Below are positions 19,639 to 29,818 of a stretch of DNA of 64,000 nt, piece by piece. How positions within the stretch are numbered: position 1 is the stretch's first letter; every line of letters starts with the position of its first letter. The position numbers and the translations under genes were made by a program. This DNA is from an uncultured Pseudomonadota bacterium (lineage in GTDB: Bacteria > Oederibacteriota > Muellerivitia > Muellerivitales > Muellerivitaceae). Where the stretch lies: positions 448,001 to 512,000 of the forward strand of contig CAWIIP010000002.1 in the NCBI GenBank assembly GCA_963836235.1, written 5' to 3'. Under the pieces are notes generated by a model that was not told the DNA's origin, did not search any database, and saw only the letters and a list, made by a program, of their open reading frames with translations.

Positions 19639-20981
19639 TTTTCAAATCCTTCCAACATCTTCTCCAGTTTCATACCCCGGGAAGCTTTCAACAAAACTGC
19701 GTCTCCTTTTTGAGCCGAACGGCGGAGGAATGCTCTCGCGTCCATAACTCCGTCAAAAGCCCGAACTTTGGTTTTCTGCGATTCCGCAAGGCTGTTAAAG
19801 GCCTTTTTCATGCGCGTTCCAACCAATAAAACGTTTTCGACAGAACTTTCCGCCGCCCTTTTCACGATGCGGTAATGGGTTTCGGGCGAGAATTCGCCCA
19901 GCTCCAACATATCGCCCAGCACCGCCCATTTGCGTTGGGGACCCTTCATTTGGTCAAAGGTAACTAGGGCCGCTTCCATGGAAGTCGGCGAGGCGTTGTA
20001 GGCGTCATTGACGAATAAGATTCCATTCAAATTCTTGATCTCCATGCGCATAGGCGCCTGGGATACGAAAGAGCGCAGGCGGACCGCCAATGCTTTCAAT
20101 GGGATTCCCAGCACCAGTCCGGCGGAAACCGCCGCCGCTGAATTGCGGACGTTATGGGCCCCCGGCATGGAAAGCCGGGTTTCGGAGGTCTCGCCCTCCG
20201 CTTGCAGTTCAAAACGGGTTCCCAAGCCGTCGGCTTCGAGATGAACGGCCCGCACTTGGCCCAACTTCAATCCAAAGGTCATGACATTCTCGACATTCGT
20301 CCTCAATAAGGTATCGTCCGCGTTCAAGATGTTGGTTCCTCCATTTCTTAAATGTGCCGCGATCTTCTGTTTTTCCGCCGCCAAATGCCGGCGGTTCTTA
20401 AAAAACCCTAAATGCGCTTCCCCGATGGCGGTGACAATGGCCACATCCGGCCTGGCGATCTCGGAGAGCCGTTCCATTTCTCCCGGATGGTTGATCCCCA
20501 GCTCCACCACCGCAACTTCATGCTCTTTCTTCAATTCCAGCAGGGTCAAAGGCAGCCCCCACTGGTTGTTCAAATTGCCCTGGGTCTTCAGGACTCGGAA
20601 AGACCCGGCCATCAGATGGGCGGTCATATCCTTCACCGTGGTCTTCCCCACGCTTCCCGTCACCGCTACCACCGGACCGTTCCATTGAAGCCTTTGGGCC
20701 CTCCCCATTTGGCCCAGGGCTTCCGTCGTGTCCTTCACGAGAATCTGCGGCATTCGACCCGGCACGATCTTGGAAACAACCGCCGCCACCGCCCCTTTTC
20801 GCGCCGCTTTCCCCAAAAAGCGGTGACCGTCCAACCGGGCCCCCACAATGGCCACAAAAAGATCCCCCCGCTTCACGTTCCGGGTGTCGTGGCGAACACC
20901 CGATACTTTCACCTCACCGTCGCCTTTGATGAACCGCCCGTTGACGAGCGCGGCCACCTCCCTCAAACTCCATGGCAACAT
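19635..20981 (-). CDS. murF: UDP-MurNAc-tripeptide--D-Ala-D-Ala ligase
   Basis: VTGSVGKTTVK, NDAYNASP, LGDMLELG, KASRGM; TAATG overlap with murE. Confidence 0.97.
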   Translation of the reverse strand: MLPWSLREVAALVNGRFIKGDGEVKVSGVRHDTRNVKRGDLFVAIVGARLDGHRFLGKAARKGAVAAVVSKIVPGRMPQILVKDTTEALGQMGRAQRLQWNGPVVAVTGSVGKTTVKDMTAHLMAGSFRVLKTQGNLNNQWGLPLTLLELKKEHEVAVVELGINHPGEMERLSEIARPDVAIVTAIGEAHLGFFKNRRHLAAEKQKIAAHLRNGGTNILNADDTLLRTNVENVMTFGLKLGQVRAVHLEADGLGTRFELQAEGETSETRLSMPGAHNVRNSAAAVSAGLVLGIPLKALAVRLRSFVSQAPMRMEIKNLNGILFVNDAYNASPTSMEAALVTFDQMKGPQRKWAVLGDMLELGEFSPETHYRIVKRAAESSVENVLLVGTRMKKAFNSLAESQKTKVRAFDGVMDARAFLRRSAQKGDAVLLKASRGMKLEKMLEGFEK

Positions 20982-22462
20982 TAATTCGTCTTCTTCATCT
21001 TCTTCAAAAGATCCCGGCTCACTTCCCGGTCGTCGAAATGCTGTTTCTCTTCCCCGATCACTTGGTAAGTCTCGTGCCCCTTGCCCGCAATTAAAACCAG
21101 ATCCCCCTTTTTCGCCATGGAAAGGGCCAACTTGATGGCCTCGGCCCTTTCTTCTTCCACCCATACCCGCCGGTGGCCGTTTTGCGTCAAGGGATGAGGA
21201 ATACCCCTCAGGATGTCTTCCAAAATGATCGCCGGTTTTTCAGTGCGGGGGTTATCCGAGGTCACGACCGTCATATCGGCCAATTGGGATGAGATTTTGC
21301 CCATCAGGGGCCGCTTGGTTCGGTCCCTGTCTCCGCCACAGCCGAAAACCGAAATCAACTTGTGAAAGCTTTTTTTGCCGAGGATTTCCCGGGAAGCGAT
21401 CAAGGCCTGTTTCAAGGCGTCCGGGGTATGGGCGTAATCCACCAACACCGTGAAATCCTGCCCCGCCGCCACCTCCTCGAATCGACCCGGAACCGCCGGC
21501 GCGTGCTTGAGTCCGTCTCGAAGGGTTTGCCACGAAAGGCCCAATTCCCTCAAAACCGAGATGGCCGCCAGCGAATTGTAGATATTGAAAATCCCGGTCA
21601 ACGGAGCCTCGAAAGCGTGGCCTTGGACTTCAAACCCGATAAAGCCAGGCCGATGTTGGACCTTCAGGGCTTGATAAGCGCATTTGGCCTTCAGGCCGTA
21701 ACCCACGGCCTTGGATTTGAACTCGCTCAATAGTTTTTGGCCGTAAGTGTCGTCAGCGTTGACGGCTCGCGCTTCGACGCTTTTGAATTCGGTGAACAAA
21801 CGGCGCTTGGCGTGAAAGTAATGGGTGAAATTCTTGTGATAATCCAAATGGTCGCGGCCCAAGTTGGTAAAAACCACGCCTTTGAAATCGATTCCCAAGA
21901 CCCTTTTCATTTCCAAAGCGTGGGAAGATACTTCCATGACACCCCACTTGCATTTTTGGCGGCGCATTTCATCTAGTAATTTCACAATGACCAGTGAGGA
22001 TGGCGTGGTGTTGTTGGCCTCGTATATTTTCTTTCCGATCTGGTAGGCGATCGTGCCGATAAGTCCCGCCGGCTGCCCTGCCCTTTCCAGGATGGACCGG
22101 ATAAGGTAGGTGGTCGTGGTTTTGCCCTTAGTGCCGGTCACCCCAATCACCTTCACTTTTTTGGAAGGGTCACCGTAATAAAAATGCGCCAATCGGGCCA
22201 AGGCTTCCCGGCTGTCCTTGACCACCAGTTGGGGCACTGACAGGCCGTTCAATGGCTTTTCCTGAACCACCACCGCCGGGGCGCCTAATTCCAAAGCCTC
22301 CTGGGCGTAAACCCGGCCATCTACTTTTGCTCCGGGGACACAAACAAAAAGGTCCCCCGAATGGGTCTGTTTTGAATTCTCGGCGATGCCGGTCAATTTC
22401 GGATTGCCTTTTCCGACGACTTTTAAACCTTTCAATTTTTGGGCCAGGGACAGGAATCTCAT
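20981..22462 (-). CDS. murE: UDP-MurNAc-dipeptide--meso-DAP ligase
   Basis: VTGTKGKTTT, MEVSSH, DYAHTPD, DNPR (DAP-type), AGKGHE; ATGA overlap with ftsI. Confidence 0.97.
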   Translation of the reverse strand: MRFLSLAQKLKGLKVVGKGNPKLTGIAENSKQTHSGDLFVCVPGAKVDGRVYAQEALELGAPAVVVQEKPLNGLSVPQLVVKDSREALARLAHFYYGDPSKKVKVIGVTGTKGKTTTTYLIRSILERAGQPAGLIGTIAYQIGKKIYEANNTTPSSLVIVKLLDEMRRQKCKWGVMEVSSHALEMKRVLGIDFKGVVFTNLGRDHLDYHKNFTHYFHAKRRLFTEFKSVEARAVNADDTYGQKLLSEFKSKAVGYGLKAKCAYQALKVQHRPGFIGFEVQGHAFEAPLTGIFNIYNSLAAISVLRELGLSWQTLRDGLKHAPAVPGRFEEVAAGQDFTVLVDYAHTPDALKQALIASREILGKKSFHKLISVFGCGGDRDRTKRPLMGKISSQLADMTVVTSDNPRTEKPAIILEDILRGIPHPLTQNGHRRVWVEEERAEAIKLALSMAKKGDLVLIAGKGHETYQVIGEEKQHFDDREVSRDLLKKMKKTN

Positions 22463-24600
22463 GAGTTTCCTTCCAAGCCCGTTGAATTGGTTTTGGCCAC
22501 CGGAACTTCGCAATTCAAGTCGCAAGGGGTATCGTTCGCGATGGACCGTCCCGCGGAGGGAAACTGCGACTTCACCACACCCTCACCTTTAAAGTTCACG
22601 TGAACGCCCAAGGGCGCCAAAAGGGCCAATGCCTGACGCTTCGTCTTGCCCCTAAGATCCGGCATCAAACCCGCGACAGGACTAGATTCGGGCTCGCCTA
22701 AAGTCAGCGTGATATAGGTTTGTTGTTCAAGGTCCGTCGAAAGCGTCGTCCCCGACGATTGGGACTGGGATACGACCCTTTGTCCCTTTCCGTTAAACTT
22801 GACCTTGAGATGGTCGTTTTGCGCCAGCCATTCGCACTGGGAAGGCGTGAGCCCAACAAAAGAGGGAGCTAAGCGTTGTTCTCCAGTCTGGGCAAATAAG
22901 GTGGTCGGGCCGTTTCCGGGAACCATGTCATAAACCAGAGCCCTTTTGGCCACTTCCTTGAATACCGGTCCCGCCGTGTAGCCGCCCCAATAAATTCCCC
23001 TCGGGTCATCCAGTGAGACATAAATGACAAATTTTGGATTTTGGGCTGGGACAAACCCAATAAACGAAGAAACGTAGTTATATTTCGAGTAATGGCCGTT
23101 CATGAATTTATAAGCCGTGCCCGTCTTACCCGCGATATCGTAAGAAGGCAGAGCCACCGCCGTTCCAGTGCCTTTTTCCACCACCCACTTCATTAATTCC
23201 GTCATCCGCTTGGAGGTTTTGACCGAACAAACTCGGCGAATTTTTTTTGGCCCAAATTCTTTAACCGCCCTTCCATCGGTGGTCTCCAACGCTTTCACAA
23301 CATAAGGCCTCATCATGACACCCTTATTTGCGATCGCGGCATAAGCGTCTAGCATCTGAATGGGCGTAGTGGAAACTTCATAACCATAGGGAATAGAAGT
23401 GAGGGAAAGCCCGCTCCATTTGTCCAGGGGCCTCAATTTGCCCGGGGATTCCCCCGGAAGATCAATGCCGGTCAAATCCCCGATGCCAAATTGTTTGGCA
23501 TAATGATAAAGATTTTCTTTCCCCAGTTTCATACTGACCTTCACCATTCCAATATTGCTGGAGTAACCGAAAACTTCCCGAAAAGTGAGCCAACCATGCT
23601 TTTCGTGGTCCGTCACCACACGTCCATAATCGGTATGGTATGCGCCGTTTTCACAAAAAAACTTGTCGTCCTCATTGACAACACCCTCTTCCAACGCGCC
23701 CACAGCCGCGATCAATTTGAAGGTACTTCCAGGCTCAAACTCGTCGTTGACGACGCGATCCCGCCAAAATTCCTTGGGAGAATCGGAAAAATGATTGGGA
23801 TCGTAATTGGGGTAGTTGGCCAAGGCTAATATTTCGCCCGTATGGGGATCCATCACCACGATGGAAGCGGCTTTGCACCGGTACTTTTCAAAAGCTTTCT
23901 CTAACTCCACCTGGGAGATGTGCTGAATAGTCTTATCGAGAGTCGTCACCACGTTGAGCCCGTCCACATTGGCTTTCACCGACTTGTTGTCGGCCAAAAC
24001 CACTCGGCCTCGCGCATCCCGCTCCGTGAGAACTAATCCCTTTTTTCCTGCGAGAACGTCTTCGTAATAACGTTCCAGCCCATCCAAACCCTGGTCGTCG
24101 ATTCCGGTGAACCCCAAAACATGGGCCGCCATTTCGTGGTCGGGATAAAAACGGCGCTGCTCCCGGGTAGCTTCAACGCCTTCCAGTTTCAGGTTTTCCA
24201 CCGCGTCCGAACGCTCATAGGGCACCTGACGAGCCACCCAAACAAAAGGCTGGTTGCCTGAAATTTTGCAGAGCATTTCCCCATAAGACAAACCCAATGC
24301 ATGCGAAAGGGCCGCGGCCGTATTGTCTTTGTCTGTGATTTGATCGGGATGGGCGCAGACATTGAAAAGCCCAATGTTCATCGCCAGCGCCTCTCCGGAT
24401 CTATCTTCAATCATTCCACGGGAGGGACTCGTTTCCTTGGACGTATATTGCTGGTGATAGGCCAATTGACGGAACTCGGAATGTTTGAAAACTTGCAAGT
24501 AAACCAATCTCCCTTCCACGAAGAGGATCGAAAGGAATAAAACCGACTCCAGCAAGAGGAGCCGCTTTTGCATTTGGGTGTAATGACGAAGTGCGCTCAA
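22459..24600 (-). CDS. ftsI: class B PBP FtsI with two C-terminal PASTA-like domains
   Basis: TM, RGMIEDR, EPGSTFK, SSN, KTGT; PSFVGLT and MPDLRGKT PASTA starts. Confidence 0.93.
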   Translation of the reverse strand: MSALRHYTQMQKRLLLLESVLFLSILFVEGRLVYLQVFKHSEFRQLAYHQQYTSKETSPSRGMIEDRSGEALAMNIGLFNVCAHPDQITDKDNTAAALSHALGLSYGEMLCKISGNQPFVWVARQVPYERSDAVENLKLEGVEATREQRRFYPDHEMAAHVLGFTGIDDQGLDGLERYYEDVLAGKKGLVLTERDARGRVVLADNKSVKANVDGLNVVTTLDKTIQHISQVELEKAFEKYRCKAASIVVMDPHTGEILALANYPNYDPNHFSDSPKEFWRDRVVNDEFEPGSTFKLIAAVGALEEGVVNEDDKFFCENGAYHTDYGRVVTDHEKHGWLTFREVFGYSSNIGMVKVSMKLGKENLYHYAKQFGIGDLTGIDLPGESPGKLRPLDKWSGLSLTSIPYGYEVSTTPIQMLDAYAAIANKGVMMRPYVVKALETTDGRAVKEFGPKKIRRVCSVKTSKRMTELMKWVVEKGTGTAVALPSYDIAGKTGTAYKFMNGHYSKYNYVSSFIGFVPAQNPKFVIYVSLDDPRGIYWGGYTAGPVFKEVAKRALVYDMVPGNGPTTLFAQTGEQRLAPSFVGLTPSQCEWLAQNDHLKVKFNGKGQRVVSQSQSSGTTLSTDLEQQTYITLTLGEPESSPVAGLMPDLRGKTKRQALALLAPLGVHVNFKGEGVVKSQFPSAGRSIANDTPCDLNCEVPVAKTNSTGLEGNS

Positions 24601-25037
24601 GGTTTATCCACCTTCTTCATGGCGGCAGTCCAAAAAGAAAACCATTTGGGGTAATAATCCGGCCCCTCGTCTAAGATCACAATTTGATCCGATTTCGGCG
24701 TCACCATTCCCAATTGTTCCCGAGCCACTTTTTCAATACGGGAGAGGCTGTTCACTTCGTGCATCTGATACTTCAAATAGTAATATTGGTTGGTCAATTG
24801 CTGTTTCTGGGTTTTCAGGCTTTGAACCTCGTAGCTCAACTTGACGACCTGCATGTGCTGCCAAACATAGAAGAAAAGGAAAAGACTCAAAACCAAAACA
24901 CCCCAAAAGGTTCCCTTGAAATCCTTCCGTTGGACGGCTTTGGCCAGATTGCCCCGCCAGAAAAGGTCCGCGTTGAGAGCCTCACCGGCCGTCGAAAAAA
25001 AATGTTCTTTCATGGAAACGGCTTCGGGGGTTCTCAA
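24597..25037 (-). CDS. ftsL: cell division protein FtsL
   Basis: single TM, leucine zipper, RIEKVAREQLGMVTP. Confidence 0.9.
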   Translation of the reverse strand: MRTPEAVSMKEHFFSTAGEALNADLFWRGNLAKAVQRKDFKGTFWGVLVLSLFLFFYVWQHMQVVKLSYEVQSLKTQKQQLTNQYYYLKYQMHEVNSLSRIEKVAREQLGMVTPKSDQIVILDEGPDYYPKWFSFWTAAMKKVDKP

Positions 25038-25996
25038 GTCGCTCCCTCCACGCGGAGTTTCTCCGCGACGCGCAGCTTGGCGCTACGAGACCGTGGATTT
25101 TGAGTCAATTCTTCTTCTGAAGCGCTCACGGGTTTGCCGGTAAGAATACGGAGGGAGGCCTTGTGCCCACAAACGCATTGAAGTATTTCAGGGGGACAAA
25201 GACAGTTGGTGGCTTCCATTTTGAAGAATTGCTTAACGATACGGTCTTCCAGGGAATGGAAGGTAATGACTGCGATACGTCCACCTGGTTTGAGCACTCT
25301 CAGGGACGTCCGCAGGCCTTTTTTCAGCATTTCCAACTCACGGTTCACTTCGATGCGTATCGCTTGGAAAAGCCGGGTAGCGGGATGTTTTGAATGGTGT
25401 CCTTTCTTTGACCGCGGCCTGCCACAAACCCGCAGGGCTAAGTCAGCCAACTCGCCGGTTCTTTCAAAAGGCTTTTGTTCCCGGGCCCTCAGGATGGCGC
25501 GGGCCAAAGCACGGGCTTTAGGCTCTTCACCATATTCGAAAATGATTTTGGAGAGTTTTTCTTCCGGATAGGTATTCAAAACCCAAGCGGCCGTATGGCC
25601 GCTGGTCGTGTCCATGCGCATATCCAAAGGCCCTTCCTGATTGAAGGAAAAGCCGCGGTGCGCCGTGTCCAACTGAAGTGAGGATACGCCGATATCCATC
25701 AACACGCTGTCAACCTCGCTGATCGAGAGATCTTTCAGCACCCACAGGAGGTCGGCGAAGTTGGCCTTGAACAGGGAGACCCTAGGGTCTTTCCTGAGTG
25801 CTCGGCCGGCGTGTTGAAGGGCATCGACATCCTGGTCCAACCCAACCAAGCGGCCTTTCGGCAGGAGCTTTAACAATTCCTGCGAGTGGCCGCCCATCCC
25901 GACCGTGAGATCCAAGACAACCCCGTCGGGAGGGGGGGACAACAACTCCACCGCTTCTTTTAAAAGAACCGGTAAATGGACTTGATCAGCTGTCAA
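25034..25996 (-). CDS. rsmH: 16S rRNA m4C1402 methyltransferase
   Basis: HLPVLL, GMGGHS, DIGVSSLQLD, LDMRMD, FHSLEDR, NPRSRSAKLR; probable TTG start at 25996. Confidence 0.97.
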   Translation of the reverse strand: MTADQVHLPVLLKEAVELLSPPPDGVVLDLTVGMGGHSQELLKLLPKGRLVGLDQDVDALQHAGRALRKDPRVSLFKANFADLLWVLKDLSISEVDSVLMDIGVSSLQLDTAHRGFSFNQEGPLDMRMDTTSGHTAAWVLNTYPEEKLSKIIFEYGEEPKARALARAILRAREQKPFERTGELADLALRVCGRPRSKKGHHSKHPATRLFQAIRIEVNRELEMLKKGLRTSLRVLKPGGRIAVITFHSLEDRIVKQFFKMEATNCLCPPEILQCVCGHKASLRILTGKPVSASEEELTQNPRSRSAKLRVAEKLRVEGAT

Positions 25997-26321
25997 AACG
26001 GGCGACGGCTTCATCCTCATCAAAAACCACGTCAAAGTTGGAATAAGCGCCAACCAACTTGAAAAGGTTCTCGACGTAAGGAATGAGACCGACCAACTTG
26101 ATTTCCCCGCCCAGGGCTTTAAAGCGTTGATTTCTTTCGGCTAACTTTGAAATGGCGTTGAGTGAAACATGTTTCACTTGGCGGAAATTTAAAACAACCT
26201 TATTTTTGTTCTCCAAAACCAGGTCCGTCATGGAACGAAGTAAAGCCTCCATATCACTCATGCCGATATCACCGGCCAAGCGCAGGACTGTCACGGTTTC
26301 AGTTGATGTCGAAACTGCCAT
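25986..26321 (-). CDS. STAS-domain protein
   Basis: VLRLAGDI...VVLNFRQVKHV...GGEIKLVGL...LFKLVG pattern. Confidence 0.8.
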   Translation of the reverse strand: MAVSTSTETVTVLRLAGDIGMSDMEALLRSMTDLVLENKNKVVLNFRQVKHVSLNAISKLAERNQRFKALGGEIKLVGLIPYVENLFKLVGAYSNFDVVFDEDEAVARFDS

Positions 26322-26374
26322 TTTTTCCCCTAAACATTCATCTTTTGTCCGCAAAAAGCCAACCGTCAATCGTG

Positions 26375-26728
26375 TTAAGCGATGGCCACGTTGCGTCCTG
26401 TTTTTTCCATCATTTCGGTTACGTTCTGATATGTATCGAAGAGTGTGTCCACGCCCATGGTTCGAAAAAGATGCATGAGACGGCTATTCAACCCCACAAT
26501 CTTCAAATCCCCCCTCTTGAAGCGCACGTGGTTCCAGTGATTGACCAGGGCCCCCAACCCTTTTGCGTTCATAAACGAAACGTCAGTCAAATCCAAAACC
26601 ACACGCATGTAACCTTTTTTCATCAGCGTCTCAATGGCATTCCCCAGTTTCCCCAGGTCGTCCTCGCTCATATCGCCATTGACGTGAACTAGCGAGAACT
26701 TTTCTCTTATTTCGATTCCGATTTCCAT
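26375..26728 (-). CDS. STAS-domain protein
   Basis: VHVNGDM...VVLDLTDVSFMNAKGLGALV...GDLKIVGLN...LFRTMG. Confidence 0.85.
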   Translation of the reverse strand: MEIGIEIREKFSLVHVNGDMSEDDLGKLGNAIETLMKKGYMRVVLDLTDVSFMNAKGLGALVNHWNHVRFKRGDLKIVGLNSRLMHLFRTMGVDTLFDTYQNVTEMMEKTGRNVAIA

Positions 26729-26746
26729 TTAAGTTCCCCTACCCAA

Positions 26747-27217
26747 TTAAAGGTTTAAGGACTGAATGCCTTTATCCGATAACTTTTGGCCCAAAAGCTC
26801 CAAGGATTGCGACGTCTGCGCATGGTAGTTTTCGTACTTCGCCTTATCCCAAATCTCCACACGGTGAAGCATTCCAACGATCACCACGCTTTTTCCCAAA
26901 CCCGCTTCCTTGCGCAATACGGGCGAAATTACGATGCGTCCCTGTTGGTCAATCTCCACTTCGTCCGTAGCCCGAAGAACCGTTCTTTGAAACTGCCGAA
27001 CCTCCGCGTTTAAGGTGTCGAGCGAAGAGAGCTTTTCCTCTATCTTTTTCCAAGCGTCCATCGGGTATAAGAAAAGACATTGGTCGAATCCCAAGGTCAA
27101 AACCAAGGGCGTCTCGTGATCGCTTTTAATCTGTTCACGAAACCGGGCCGGTATGTTCAGGCGGCCCTTATCGTCAACGGTGTTATGAAAAATCCCTCGG
27201 AACACTTTTTTCTCCAC
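26747..27217 (-). CDS. mraZ: dcw transcriptional regulator MraZ
   Basis: two DxxGR motifs (DDKGRLNIPARFR, DQQGRIVI), VEIW. Confidence 0.97.
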   Translation of the reverse strand: MEKKVFRGIFHNTVDDKGRLNIPARFREQIKSDHETPLVLTLGFDQCLFLYPMDAWKKIEEKLSSLDTLNAEVRQFQRTVLRATDEVEIDQQGRIVISPVLRKEAGLGKSVVIVGMLHRVEIWDKAKYENYHAQTSQSLELLGQKLSDKGIQSLNL

Positions 27218-27298
27218 TTTCCAAAGAACATTTCCAGGGCTGAACCCCAGGATGGAAAAACAGTTTTTGTTGAAAAATAAGGAGTTTCGTGAGTTTTA

Positions 27299-27334
27299 TA
27301 CCACTTTACCCCACTATTCCCCACTTCGAGCCAT
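27299..27334 (-). promoter_or_regulatory. MraZ-binding repeats (GTGG with 10-bp period)
   Basis: plus strand ccactttacc ccactattcc ccacttcgag ccat; matches the known GTGG(G) direct-repeat operator upstream of mraZ. Confidence 0.85.
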
Positions 27335-27360
27335 TATGCTCTACTTTTTGACTCCGTCAA
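27333..27360 (-). promoter_or_regulatory. sigma70-type dcw promoter
   Basis: TTGACG-N16-CATAAT directly upstream of the MraZ repeats. Confidence 0.65.
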
Positions 27361-27469
27361 GCGATTTTTCTTTAAAAATGGGGGATTTTACATAGGGTAA
27401 AAGTGGGGCAAGGGGGTTAAACTGACGTCGTTTTTACGAACTTTAAAACCTGGGGAGCATGTTAGAGGA

Positions 27470-28033
27470 ATGTGTCAAAAGGCTGGAATTTCATCAAAAA
27501 ATGGGCCATTTTTACTGATTTTAGGGCTATTAGCCCTAACCGGCTGTTACCAACCAACCGTTAAAACCCACCCACTCTCCCACCCCCTTTCTACTCAAAT
27601 GGTATTTAAAGCCTCGGTTTTCAAAGTACAGAAAACCATCAGCGAAATTTTCAAATCCAATCCCAAAGATCTTTTTCAACTCCCCTCTGATTCCCCGCCG
27701 ACTTTTTCTTTGTATTGGAAAGGAGGCCGTCACCCGGAAGAAGTAACGATTTTTAAAAATCCCGTGGATGAAAATGATGTGTATGTCAGTTGTAATGAAA
27801 TGCCCATCTGCAGATCAAAGGTTTATACCGATTGGAGGGCAAGACCACTGGAGTACCTGGCGGACTTTCAACTTCATATTATTCCCCAAGGCGCGAAGGA
27901 AACGCTAGTGAAGGTAATTACCGTTAATCCAAGAGTAATGGCGAGGGAAACTTATTTGGATGTCCAGCCAACGACCGTCGAGGAAGACGAAATACTTAAC
28001 TGCATAGAAAAAAAAATAAAGAACGGAGTTTGA
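27470..28033 (+). CDS. lipoprotein of unknown function
   Basis: hydrophobic N-terminus with LALTGC lipobox. Confidence 0.65.
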   Translation: MCQKAGISSKNGPFLLILGLLALTGCYQPTVKTHPLSHPLSTQMVFKASVFKVQKTISEIFKSNPKDLFQLPSDSPPTFSLYWKGGRHPEEVTIFKNPVDENDVYVSCNEMPICRSKVYTDWRARPLEYLADFQLHIIPQGAKETLVKVITVNPRVMARETYLDVQPTTVEEDEILNCIEKKIKNGV

Positions 28034-28045
28034 CCATCTTCGGTT

Positions 28046-28291
28046 TTATTTTGAGTTGTTGATAGAAGTATTGTTTTGGTTACTATCCGATTGGCTTATC
28101 AGATTACCCATAACCATGAGAAAGAAACTAAAAGCTAAAGCCATGACAACCAGAATAATAATATTTTTAAGGGGCATTTTCGTCAGGTCGCGCGTAGTTT
28201 TCTTCCGGGGTTTGGCCTTGAAATCATGCCAGCAGTTATCGCAAATTTTATCTGATTGACTTGCCTTTTGACATTGGGGACAAATGACCAT
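28046..28291 (-). CDS. zinc-ribbon single-TM protein
   Basis: CPQC...CDNC followed by one TM helix. Confidence 0.65.
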   Translation of the reverse strand: MVICPQCQKASQSDKICDNCWHDFKAKPRKKTTRDLTKMPLKNIIILVVMALAFSFFLMVMGNLISQSDSNQNNTSINNSK

Positions 28292-28307
28292 CTCAGACGC
28301 CTTTCCC

Positions 28308-29795
28308 TTACTTGGTTAGGACTTGTTGGATGGACTTTTTCCAGCCGTCCCACAGCGACTTGCGTTTATTTTTTTTCATTCGGGGAAAAAACACTTTATC
28401 TACCCGCCGGATTTTTTGGATTTCGGCGCTGTTTTTCCAATATCCCACCTGCAACCCAGCCAGGAAGGCGGCTCCCATGTTGGTGGTCTCCGTCACTTTT
28501 GGGCGGTTGATTTTAATTTTAAGAAGATCGGATTGGAATTGCATCAAAAGATTGTTCTGACAAGCCCCACCGTCCACCCGCAGTTCTTTAAGTTTTAGAT
28601 GGGAGTCTTTTAACATGGCATCTACCAGGTCCTTCGATTGGTACGCCAAAGATTCCAAAGCGGCCCGAACCACATGCTCTCTTTTGGTTCCGCGGGTAAT
28701 TCCCAACAAGGCCCCACGGGCGTGGGCATCCCAATAGGGGGCTCCCAACCCCACAAAAGCCGGAACTAGGTAAACTCCCCCCGTATCCGGCACTTTACTT
28801 GAAACGGCTTCCGACTCCGGTGCGGTCTTAATGAGTTGCAAGCCATCCCTCAGCCATTGGACTGCCGCCCCACCGATAAAGACCGACCCTTCTAGGGCGT
28901 AAACCGGCTGTCCTTTTCCGTCACAGGCCAGGGTGGTTAAAAGTTTATTTTTGGAAAGGATGTGCTTTTTTCCTAAGTTCAAAAGCAAGAAACAGCCTGT
29001 TCCATAAGTGTTTTTCAAAGTTCCAGGCTCATGACATCCCTGGCCGAAAAGAGCGGCTTGTTGGTCCCCGGCGATTCCCGTGATGGGAATTCCCTCTCCC
29101 AAATAACTTTGAGTTGAGGTGGTTCCAAAGTGACTGGAGGAAGCCTGGACCTTTGCCAAAAGCGGAGCGGGTAAGTGAAAAATCTCTAATAACGCCGGGT
29201 CCCATTGCTTTTGACGGATATTAAAAAGAAGCGTCCGAGAGGCGTTGGAATAATCCGTTGCGTGTGAGCGGCCGCCAGTGAAGTTCCATAAAAGCCAGGA
29301 ATCGATGGTTCCAAAAGCCAGTTCTCCCCGGGCCGCTTTGGAGGCCGCACCCGGCACGTTTCGAAGCAGCCATTCCACCTTGGTTCCAGAGAAATAAGCG
29401 TCAATGACCAGGCCGGTCTTGTTCAGGAACAACTTTTCTTTACCTTGAGCTTTTAATTGGTCGCATCGATGGGCTGTCCGGCGGCATTGCCAAACAATGG
29501 CGCGATGAATAGGTTTGCCGGTCTTTTGGTCCCAAATGACCGTGGTTTCGCGCTGATTGGTAATGCCAATAGCGGCTATTTGGGAAGGCTTGATCCCCGC
29601 TGCTTTGAGGGCTTTCTTCCCCGTCTCCTCCACTGTCCGCCATATTTCATTGGCATCATGCTCAACCCAGCCAGGCTTTGGGAAATATTGAGTGAACTCT
29701 TGATAGGCGCTACCCACCACCTTGCCCGAATGGTCGAAAAGGTGGGTTCGGGTGCCGGTTGTTCCTTGGTCGATGGCCAGGATTAACTTGGACAT
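28308..29795 (-). CDS. glpK: glycerol kinase
   Basis: AIDQGTT, GITNQRETT, GDQQAALFGQ, KNTYGTGCF. Confidence 0.97.
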   Translation of the reverse strand: MSKLILAIDQGTTGTRTHLFDHSGKVVGSAYQEFTQYFPKPGWVEHDANEIWRTVEETGKKALKAAGIKPSQIAAIGITNQRETTVIWDQKTGKPIHRAIVWQCRRTAHRCDQLKAQGKEKLFLNKTGLVIDAYFSGTKVEWLLRNVPGAASKAARGELAFGTIDSWLLWNFTGGRSHATDYSNASRTLLFNIRQKQWDPALLEIFHLPAPLLAKVQASSSHFGTTSTQSYLGEGIPITGIAGDQQAALFGQGCHEPGTLKNTYGTGCFLLLNLGKKHILSKNKLLTTLACDGKGQPVYALEGSVFIGGAAVQWLRDGLQLIKTAPESEAVSSKVPDTGGVYLVPAFVGLGAPYWDAHARGALLGITRGTKREHVVRAALESLAYQSKDLVDAMLKDSHLKLKELRVDGGACQNNLLMQFQSDLLKIKINRPKVTETTNMGAAFLAGLQVGYWKNSAEIQKIRRVDKVFFPRMKKNKRKSLWDGWKKSIQQVLTK

Positions 29796-29818
29796 AAAGC
29801 CTCCCGTCAAATGAAACG

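Noticed and set aside
7338-26692. Many long plus-strand ORFs (e.g. 12540-13466, 13180-14151, 7405-8043)
   Set aside because: Antisense shadows of well-conserved dcw genes with no recognisable motifs
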